A stretch of DNA of 32,000 nucleotides from Candidatus Lokiarchaeum ossiferum (GTDB taxonomy: Archaea; Asgardarchaeota; Lokiarchaeia; Sigyniarchaeales; Promethearchaeaceae), in NCBI GenBank assembly GCA_025839675.1, contig CP104013.1:3780001-3812000 (forward strand), read 5' to 3'. Position 1 is the stretch's first letter; the number at the start of each line of letters is the position of its first letter. Below are positions 18,895 to 25,767 of the stretch, one piece after another. The position numbers and the translations under genes were made by a program. Below the pieces are notes generated by a model. That model searched no databases, was not told the origin of the DNA, and saw nothing but the letters and a program-made list of their open reading frames with translations.

Positions 18895-18902
18895 AAAAAA
18901 AA
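18895..18902 (-). terminator. Oligo-T (T8 on the minus strand) terminator candidate for the Sec-type hdrA transcript
   Basis: A8 on the plus strand equals U8 in the minus-strand transcript, 8 nt after the 3'-UTR hairpin. Confidence 0.45.
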
Positions 18903-18910
18903 GAGTTTGG

Positions 18911-18982
18911 CAATTAGCTTCATCGTTGCAAGATGCATCATGTTTACTCGAAGTTTTTAGTAAACGGTCATCTGACTAATTG
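18911..18982 (-). promoter_or_regulatory. Candidate SECIS-like (kink-turn) RNA element in the 3' UTR of the Sec-type hdrA
   Basis: Minus-strand RNA: CAAUUAG-UCAG-AUGA-CC-GUUUACU-[AAAAACUUCG]-AGUAAAC-AUGAUG-(CAUC-UUGCAAC-GAUG)-AAG-CUAAUUG. It has an outer 7-bp helix and an inner 7-bp helix. AUGA faces UGAU, giving U.U, G.A and A.G pairs. The apical loop is A-rich. It starts 67 nt after the stop codon. Confidence 0.5.
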
Positions 18983-18990
18983 TTCATTTA

Positions 18991-18996
18991 TTTTTT
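18991..18996 (+). terminator. Oligo-T (T6) terminator candidate for the NuoG-like gene transcript
   Basis: T6 on the plus strand, about 105 nt after the stop at 18884-18886 and just beyond the same palindromic structure. Confidence 0.35.
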
Positions 18997-19049
18997 GCAA
19001 GTGGTGGTGTAGAGGTAGTTTTGTTGAGATTTGATAAAGAATTTCTTCT

Positions 19050-21026
19050 TTATCGCAGAGCATTGACCAAAATTCCATCGATTAAATCGTTGTAATGTTC
19101 TCCTCGATAATATCTAAGAGTGATCGCTTCATTCGCGCACACAGATGCACATAAACCACATCCTCGACAGATAATGTTATCCACAATCGCTCCTTGTTCA
19201 AGATCGATCGTGATGGCTTGATATGGGCACGTTGCAGCGCACATACCGCATCCAGAACATTTCTCTGTATCAGTAATTGCTCGAATTAAATCGATTCGAT
19301 ATTCTCTATTGGCTAACAATTTACACATTGATGAAGATGCGCCTTTAGCTTGCATAATCGATTCTGAGATGTCTTTAGGACCATGACAAGCTCCTGCTAG
19401 AACGATTCCGGGAACATCTGTGTCAACTGTATTTAATCGCTGATGGAATTCTTTCAAAAATCCATTCGAACTTAATTGCAACCCAAGCAATTCATTCAAG
19501 GAGGCAAAGGATTTAGAGGGAACCATTGAAGTTGACAGAACAATCATATCAAATTCGAATTTCTTGATTGTATTATTTGGATCCAGAGAATCTTCCATGA
19601 TCACAGTTAGTACTTTGGATTGGGGATCCTCCTCAATGGATACCACTTTGGTTCGAATAAAGTCAACCCTTGCTTTTCGTGCTTCAAGGTAGTATTCTTC
19701 ATAACCCTTTCCTGCGGCACGAATATCTATATAAGATACTACAACCTCCATCTCCGGATTGTGGGATTTAGCTAATTTTGCATTTTTGATTGAAACCATG
19801 CAGCAGACGCCCGAGGAACAATAAATATTTCTTTTCATATCCCGTGAACCAACACAGTTGATGAAAAGAATACTCTTTGGCGGTTGATTATCACTTGGCT
19901 TAACGAGATGACCAACTACCGGCCCGTTGGGGGCCAATAATCGTTCAAAGGTCACTTCCGTAATAACATTGTCATAAATCCCATAACCTAAATATCCTAT
20001 TTCGGGGATGAATTCATCCCATCCTGTAGCGACAATAACGCCCCCGAATTTCTTGGTTATTTTAGTTTCCGTTTGGTTGAAATCTATTGCTTTTAATTCA
20101 CATACATTCACACAGTTTCCACATTTGATACAGACTTTCATATCAATTTGTGCTTTTGAGGGAACGGCTTGTGCAAATGAGATGTAAATTGCTTTTCGTG
20201 GATCCATTCCTTGGTTAAATTCACAAGCACCAATTGTAGGGCACACTTCAAAGCAAGCACCGCATCCATTGCAATCTTGAGTCGTATATCGAGGTTTTTG
20301 AGTGATTTCCACTTCAAAGTTTCCAACATATCCACTAAACTTAGTTATTTCAGCAAATGTATACATTTCAATGTTTTTGTTCCGTTGGGCTTCCAACATT
20401 AACGGACCCAAAATTCAGATAGAGCAATCATCAGTGGGAAATGTTCTGTCAAGCATCGCCATCTTCCCCCCAATTGTAGGTTTTTCTTCTACTAAACACA
20501 CTCGAATTCCTTGATTGCCTAAATCTAGCGCTGATTGCAAACCTGCGACTCCACCTCCTATCACTAAAACTGAATCTGTGATTGGAACTATAAGTTCAGG
20601 GATATTTTCAAGTTTGTGGGCTCGAGAAACACCTGCAGAGATTAAATCCTTCGCTTTTTCCATTGCTGCATCTTTAGTCTTTCGATGCACAAAGCTACAG
20701 TGTTCTCGGAGATTTATAAATTCTAAAAACGCTGTATCTATGCCTATCTCATCTAAAACGGCTCTAAACACGGGTTCATGTGTTTTAGGTGTACAAGCGG
20801 CAACAACAATTCGATTTAAGTGAAAATCATCCACATTCTTTTTGATGAAATCTGCCCCCCCAGTCGTGCACATTGATAAATATTCATCTGCCATCATAAC
20901 ATTTGGTAAATTCTTAGCATAGTTGGCGAGTGTGGCACAATCAAGTATCTCTGCAATATTAATGCCTCAACGACAAATAAACACACCTATACGAATTTCT
21001 TGCTCTTCCAAAGGTAATGTTGACAT
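19050..21026 (-). CDS. hdrA: Heterodisulfide reductase subunit A, selenocysteine-containing (two in-frame UGA/Sec codons); merges ORF-track entries 19050-20411 and 20415-20897 with an unlisted 5' segment 20970-21026
   Basis: One continuous frame from ATG 21024-21026 (GGTG box 5 nt upstream; in-frame TGA then non-coding sequence further upstream) to TAA 19050-19052. It is colinear with the Cys-type HdrA over its whole length. RIGVFICR-U-GINI matches KIGVYICH-C-GLNI, and FPTDDCSI-U-ILGPLM matches FPTMDCSA-C-ILTPKM. Confidence 0.85.
20415..20417 (-). other. In-frame UGA, predicted selenocysteine codon 2 of hdrA (FAD-domain DCSxC/U motif)
   Basis: Plus-strand TCA is TGA on the minus strand. Flanked by ...GAT GAT TGC TCT ATC TGA ATT TTG GGT CCG..., i.e. 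DDCSI-U-ILGP. Confidence 0.8.
20967..20969 (-). other. In-frame UGA, predicted selenocysteine codon 1 of hdrA (N-terminal CxCG motif)
   Basis: Plus-strand TCA is TGA on the minus strand. Context GVFICR-U-GINIAEILD aligns with GVYICH-C-GLNIGGVIN in the paralog. Confidence 0.75.
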
Positions 21027-21192
21027 TCATAGCACCATGAATTTTTCATTTTCAATCATTCTCAAAGGTGAAGTTTACTTCTTTCGCTTGTGCGACCAAT
21101 GTGTGAAGTATATTCATCTCATTTCATTGAATTACAAAAATGATTTTTATTCACAATATTGATATACTCTCACTGAAAAGGTTTTTAAATAT
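21027..21192. promoter_or_regulatory. Divergent promoter region between Sec-type hdrA and the TPR-hdrB/polyferredoxin/hdrC operon
   Basis: 166-bp AT-rich spacer with TATA-like TTTTTAAATAT (21182-21192). Contains two TGAAGT motifs that also occur in the other hdr divergent spacer. Confidence 0.35.
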
Positions 21193-23007
21193 TTGGATAG
21201 AAAGTATAAACTGTTACAATTCCTCACAAACGAAGTTGATCAGCAGATGACTTTTACCCCCCTTGAAGCCCGGAGTTATTACCAACATCTAATTAATCAA
21301 GATCCACAAGATCCAAGCGGATATCTTGGGATGGGTGATCTTGCGTTTTATGGTGGTTTTTATCAAGAAGCTATCTCATATTTTACTCAAGCAATTAATT
21401 GTGACTCCCAAAATTTTGCCAGTTGGGTCGGTTTAACAAAAATTTTTCTACATTATAATAGTATTCAACAAGCAGAAGAATGTCTCATCGAGGCTTTGAA
21501 TGTAGATCCTATAAACCATGAAGCTCTGATTCTCGCAACGATAATTAAAATCCGCTTAAATGAATATGCTAAAGGATTAGATTTCCTTGATAAAATTGGG
21601 GAAGACAATGAAAGCCCTTATGATTCGCTATCTCTATATTTGCGTGGATATATCGCATGTTTGCTTGGTGATTTTGAAGATGGGTTAGAACATTTAAAAT
21701 CTTGCGAGGTGTTGCCTCCCTTTAATGATAAAACCAACTCAAATTATCAAATTTTGTGGAATAATTTGGGGGTCGCAAATTTTCGGTTTAAGAGATTTAC
21801 GGAAGCCGAAAATTATTTACAGAATATCACTCAAAAATTTCCTTTATGTGATTCCATTTCGTGGCTAAATCTCGCCATGGTTTATTGGGCTCAAGACAAA
21901 ATCGATCAAAGTATCATAATATTCGAAAAAATCCAATCTTTACAACCAAAACTATGGCCCTGGTTAAAAGAAACCAAAGAATATCGCAGTCGGGGTCAAG
22001 AATGGTTACACGAAGCGATTCAAAATTTGCAAACCGAATCTACAATTTACAATGTTGGATTGTATTTAGGCTGCGTGATTCCTAATCGATATCCTTTTAT
22101 TGAGGCTGCTACTCGTCATGTATTTGATACTTTAAATATAGGTGTCGTAGATCTTGAAGGTGCATCTTGTTGTCCCGCTCCGGGGGTATTTCGATCATTT
22201 GATATTGAAACTTGGTTGACATTGGGTGCCCGAAATATTACAATAAGCGAACAATTGCAACGAGATCTCGTAACCATGTGTAATGGGTGCTATGGAACGT
22301 TGAATGATGTGAATTATGAACTTAAAACGGATTCAGAAAAACGAACGCTTGTAAATGATAATTTGAATAAAGTAGATCGTGAATTCCAAGGATCCATTAA
22401 CGTCCGTCATATTATTGATGTACTTTTTAATGAAATTGGTCTTGACGCACTCAAAAAACGAATTACGCATCCATTGACACTTAGAGTGGCTGTTCATTAT
22501 GGGTGTCATCTCCTAAAACCGATGAAAACTAAACCTTGGACCGAAGATTGGGAAGAGCCGACGTTTTTTGATGATTTGGTGGAAATTACGGGGGTTACGT
22601 CAGTTCCCTATAAGGAAAAAATGATGTGTTGCGGGGCTGGAGGTGGAGTTCGGGGTGCCTTGAAAGAAATTTCATTGGATTTTACCCGAGAAAAATTAAT
22701 CCACATGCGAGATGCAGGGATTGATGCCATTGTGGTATGCTGTCCATTCTGTCATCTCCAATTTGACATTGGCCAATTGGAAGTAAATAATATCTTCAAG
22801 AAACAAATTCGAGATCCCTTTAACATTCCCGTAATTTATATCACTCAATTACTCGGGTTAGCAATGGGATTTGATCCCTTTCGAATGGGCTTGCTAAAAA
22901 CACCGCAAGAAAAAGGAGTTCCCCCCATGAATAAATTTGAACTTCTCTTCACAAAATATAAACCATTAGATCTTCACAATACATCACTGTTTTTGCCCAG
23001 GACTTGA
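21193..23007 (+). CDS. hdrB: TPR-repeat domain fused to heterodisulfide reductase subunit B (two CCG domains)
   Basis: Residues from about 286 to the end are colinear with canonical HdrB: LYLGCVIPNRYPFIEAATR, LEGASCCPAPGVF, NGCYGTL, VAVHYGCHLLKP, KMMCCGAGGGVR, CCPFCHLQFD. Residues 1 to about 285 are called TPR-like by eye from Tyr/Ala/Leu-rich stretches (e.g. GYLGMGDLAFYGGFYQEAISYFTQAINCD); the repeat register was not verified. Start is TTG 21193 or ATG 21247. Stop TGA at 23005-23007. Confidence 0.85.
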   Translation: MDRKYKLLQFLTNEVDQQMTFTPLEARSYYQHLINQDPQDPSGYLGMGDLAFYGGFYQEAISYFTQAINCDSQNFASWVGLTKIFLHYNSIQQAEECLIEALNVDPINHEALILATIIKIRLNEYAKGLDFLDKIGEDNESPYDSLSLYLRGYIACLLGDFEDGLEHLKSCEVLPPFNDKTNSNYQILWNNLGVANFRFKRFTEAENYLQNITQKFPLCDSISWLNLAMVYWAQDKIDQSIIIFEKIQSLQPKLWPWLKETKEYRSRGQEWLHEAIQNLQTESTIYNVGLYLGCVIPNRYPFIEAATRHVFDTLNIGVVDLEGASCCPAPGVFRSFDIETWLTLGARNITISEQLQRDLVTMCNGCYGTLNDVNYELKTDSEKRTLVNDNLNKVDREFQGSINVRHIIDVLFNEIGLDALKKRITHPLTLRVAVHYGCHLLKPMKTKPWTEDWEEPTFFDDLVEITGVTSVPYKEKMMCCGAGGGVRGALKEISLDFTREKLIHMRDAGIDAIVVCCPFCHLQFDIGQLEVNNIFKKQIRDPFNIPVIYITQLLGLAMGFDPFRMGLLKTPQEKGVPPMNKFELLFTKYKPLDLHNTSLFLPRT

Positions 23008-23014
23008 AATCACT

Positions 23015-23776
23015 ATGTTCCCAAAACTCATAAAGCATGTTAGCTATACTCAAATCAGATTAGAGCAAAAATTTGTTGGTAGAAATGTTGAACTAATCAT
23101 CGATCGTTTACGATGTGTAGGCTGTGGTATTTGCAGTCGTGTTTGTCCTCAAGATGCGATTTCGATTGGTCCTAAGGTTACTTCCTATGGAAAAGAAAAG
23201 CAATTTGATGAAAAACTAATTGATAATTCAATTGATGAAGATAAATGTGTTTTTTGTGGTACCTGCAGCATTTTATGTCCATTTGATGCTCTTCACTTAT
23301 TTAAAGATGGTAAAAAAGTTGAACCAGCTGAAAACACTTTAGTGACAAAACAAGCGATACCAAAATTAGAAATACAGTATCTTCCCATGACTCGTATTAA
23401 TCAAACCGCAATGGTTTATTGGGAAGGTGAAATAAAAACGAACTTCGAATTTCCTACCTCAGAAAAAGAATTTCACCAGCATTACATCAATAAATGTCCG
23501 GGTGATTGTAGAAAATGCTTAAAAATTTGTCCTAATGAAGCCATTTCATTTCTTCCTGCTGAAAATGCATGGAAATCCAAAAAAATAATTGAAATCGATA
23601 ACACAAAGTGTATCAAGTGTAGAGCCTGTTCAATAGTTTGTCCACAAAGTATTTTCGAAGTGAAATGGACAAAAATTCATTTTTTGGGACCAGTTAATGA
23701 ATGTTTCTGGACTCCTCTAGTCAATAAGCTTCTAAAAGTAAATTCTTCATTAACCGGACAGAAAGAACTGTCTTAG
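23015..23776 (+). CDS. Polyferredoxin-like protein with four [4Fe-4S]-type Cys motifs
   Basis: CVGCGICSRVCP, CVFCGTCSILCP, CPGDCRKCLKICP (non-standard spacing), CIKCRACSIVCP. Confidence 0.8.
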   Translation: MFPKLIKHVSYTQIRLEQKFVGRNVELIIDRLRCVGCGICSRVCPQDAISIGPKVTSYGKEKQFDEKLIDNSIDEDKCVFCGTCSILCPFDALHLFKDGKKVEPAENTLVTKQAIPKLEIQYLPMTRINQTAMVYWEGEIKTNFEFPTSEKEFHQHYINKCPGDCRKCLKICPNEAISFLPAENAWKSKKIIEIDNTKCIKCRACSIVCPQSIFEVKWTKIHFLGPVNECFWTPLVNKLLKVNSSLTGQKELS

Positions 23777-23787
23777 GTGTTTAAATT

Positions 23788-24339
23788 ATGGAATATTTAA
23801 AAAAAGATATAATTCAATCGTACAGGGGAAGTATTGAAGAAGAAATAATCAAAGATCACGCTTTGAAAGCAATTAATGCGTGTTTTCAATGTGGGACATG
23901 TAGTGGTGGATGTCCCTCGGGACGACGAACGGCCTTGGTTACTCGAAAAATTATTCGCAAAGCGATTTCGAATATGGAGGATGTGTTAAATGATAAGGAG
24001 ATTTGGATGTGCACAACGTGTTATACCTGTTTTGAGAGATGTCCCCGATCCGTACCAATCACTGACATCATAATCAAACTTCGCAATTTAGCCGTTAGGA
24101 AGGGTAATATGCTTGAATCACACAAGCAATTATCGCATGTTCTCATACAAACGGGTCATGGTGTGCCTCTTGGAAATGCTGACAATCAATGGGCTAAATT
24201 GCGTATGTCCTGTGGATTATCTCCTCTGCCCCCAACCACCCATATGCACCCCGAAGCTATTGAAGAAATTGCTATTCTGGTAAAAAAAACTCACTTTGAT
24301 AAATTAGTTGGCTATCCTCGAATAATTACTACGGACTAA
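23788..24339 (+). CDS. hdrC: Heterodisulfide reductase subunit C (2x[4Fe-4S])
   Basis: CFQCGTCSGGCPSGR and CTTCYTCFERCPRSV in a protein of typical HdrC size (183 aa). An AGGTG SD-like box lies 8 nt upstream. Confidence 0.85.
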   Translation: MEYLKKDIIQSYRGSIEEEIIKDHALKAINACFQCGTCSGGCPSGRRTALVTRKIIRKAISNMEDVLNDKEIWMCTTCYTCFERCPRSVPITDIIIKLRNLAVRKGNMLESHKQLSHVLIQTGHGVPLGNADNQWAKLRMSCGLSPLPPTTHMHPEAIEEIAILVKKTHFDKLVGYPRIITTD

Positions 24340-24392
24340 CCTTGGAAAACATTTGAATTTTAATGAAAAAAAAAAGGAAAAACAATTTTAGC

Positions 24393-25766
24393 CTATTTTG
24401 TTGCAGCCGTGATATTACAATCTTTTACCTTTATTGTAGGAATGAAGGTTGGTGTTGGCACTTCCCACCACTGAACTTGCTGGATATCCTTTCCGACGGC
24501 GTCAATATTCTTTAACATACGAAGCAAATTATCACTCAGGCGTAAATTGCGAACCGGTTTGGAAATTTCTCCATTTTCAATGACAAACAATCCATCCCGC
24601 GGAATGGTCGAAAAGGTTCCTTCCATATAATTGGTGAATCTTGTATACCAGTTTGATGTGATATAGATGGTAGGTTTAATCGAGTTGGCAATAATTTCAT
24701 CTAAGGATTGTTCTCCTGGAGAATAGATCATGTTTGTTGGAGCAGGACTTAAAGTTTTGGACCCTAATCCCATATCCATAAAATCAGAATTGGCGGTAGA
24801 TTGGCAGCCATATTGCTTCGCCGAAGATGTATTATGGATTAAATTTTTTAAAATTCCCTTATTTAAAATCGGTGTTATTTTCGAGGGTTTCCCTTCGATA
24901 TCAAAGGGTCGGCTGGCCAGTCCTTCACCAATTGTTGCATTATCAACAATATTCAATGTATCTGGGGCAATTTGTTTATTCATGGATTCTGCAATTGGAC
25001 TCATACCGAACATGATCATTATAGGATTTGCATTGTCCGTTATTTGTCCAAGTACATTACCGGCAACAGTCGGGGATAGAATGACATCATATGTGCCTGC
25101 CTTTCCTTGTTTCGCACCCACGGAGAGATTCGCCAATTTACCCGCATTTGTTCCCGCCTTACTTAAAATATTTTCAACCTTGGATAAATCTCGACCGCAA
25201 GCAAGATCTTGACCACTACTTTCTCGATCCACAAACGATCTTACAGTCATACGGTAGTAAGAGTCCTTATAATCTCCAGAAAACTGATGGCTGGTGAGTA
25301 ATTCGGTGTAAGTATTACCAAAGTACAATACTCCTGCTACTTTCTTAGCTCCAGCTTCTTCACTCGAATTGATGGTTCCATTCACATAATCTGGGGCTTT
25401 ATCAGTAAAAGCGGAAATTCGAGGATCAAATAATCCATCAATGGATGAATACTTCTTGGGCTTTTCTTCCATTCCCAGGTAAAGGGGATTCTTTGGAATT
25501 TGGCCTAATAATTTAACGGAAAACTTAATTCGTTCCTCAATCAAATCCAAATTTGGGTTCAAAATATCGATCTGGGTCGTCCTTTGATCCTTTACAAAGA
25601 ACAATTCCAATTTTTCTTCTTCCCACTGCTTGACAATGTCAATCATAGAATTTGAAAACCGAACTTGATGGGAAGTACCGCTCGTTATTCGTGCGATCGT
25701 TTCATCCATACCATTTTCGTCAGCAATTTTGATGGTTTTTTGCAGTAAATCTTCGAATTGTCCCAT
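24393..25766 (-). CDS. pmbA: PmbA/TldE-family protein (partner of the TldD metalloprotease)
   Basis: Size (457 aa), lack of an HExxxH motif and overall TldD/PmbA-like character; called by overall resemblance, no specific motif verified. Starts 1 nt after the tldD stop, so the two genes are tightly coupled. Confidence 0.75.
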   Translation of the reverse strand: MGQFEDLLQKTIKIADENGMDETIARITSGTSHQVRFSNSMIDIVKQWEEEKLELFFVKDQRTTQIDILNPNLDLIEERIKFSVKLLGQIPKNPLYLGMEEKPKKYSSIDGLFDPRISAFTDKAPDYVNGTINSSEEAGAKKVAGVLYFGNTYTELLTSHQFSGDYKDSYYRMTVRSFVDRESSGQDLACGRDLSKVENILSKAGTNAGKLANLSVGAKQGKAGTYDVILSPTVAGNVLGQITDNANPIMIMFGMSPIAESMNKQIAPDTLNIVDNATIGEGLASRPFDIEGKPSKITPILNKGILKNLIHNTSSAKQYGCQSTANSDFMDMGLGSKTLSPAPTNMIYSPGEQSLDEIIANSIKPTIYITSNWYTRFTNYMEGTFSTIPRDGLFVIENGEISKPVRNLRLSDNLLRMLKNIDAVGKDIQQVQWWEVPTPTFIPTIKVKDCNITAATK

Positions 25767-25767
25767 T

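Noticed and set aside
18911-18982. Treating the 3'-UTR structure purely as a bidirectional terminator
   Set aside because: Not fully rejected. The A8 and T6 flanks fit that reading. However, the strand-specific AUGA/UGAU tandem G.A geometry, together with the need for a SECIS for two UGA codons, makes the SECIS interpretation worth keeping, so both are reported.
19050-20897. ORF-track entries 19050-20411 (453 aa, 'M' from TTG) and 20415-20897 (160 aa) as two separate genes
   Set aside because: They are colinear halves of one HdrA, separated only by a TGA that aligns with a conserved Cys. They were merged, with a further upstream segment, into 19050-21026.
19050-21026. Global reassignment of TGA (e.g. 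to Trp or Gly) as the explanation for the in-frame TGAs
   Set aside because: TGA terminates several well-delimited genes in the same window (14154-14156, 23005-23007, 6079-6081), and both internal TGAs align with Cys rather than Trp or Gly.
20923-21162. 79-aa plus-strand ORF
   Set aside because: It lies antisense to the N-terminal segment of the Sec-type hdrA and runs into the AT-rich promoter spacer. It has no motif and a low-complexity composition, so it is a shadow ORF.
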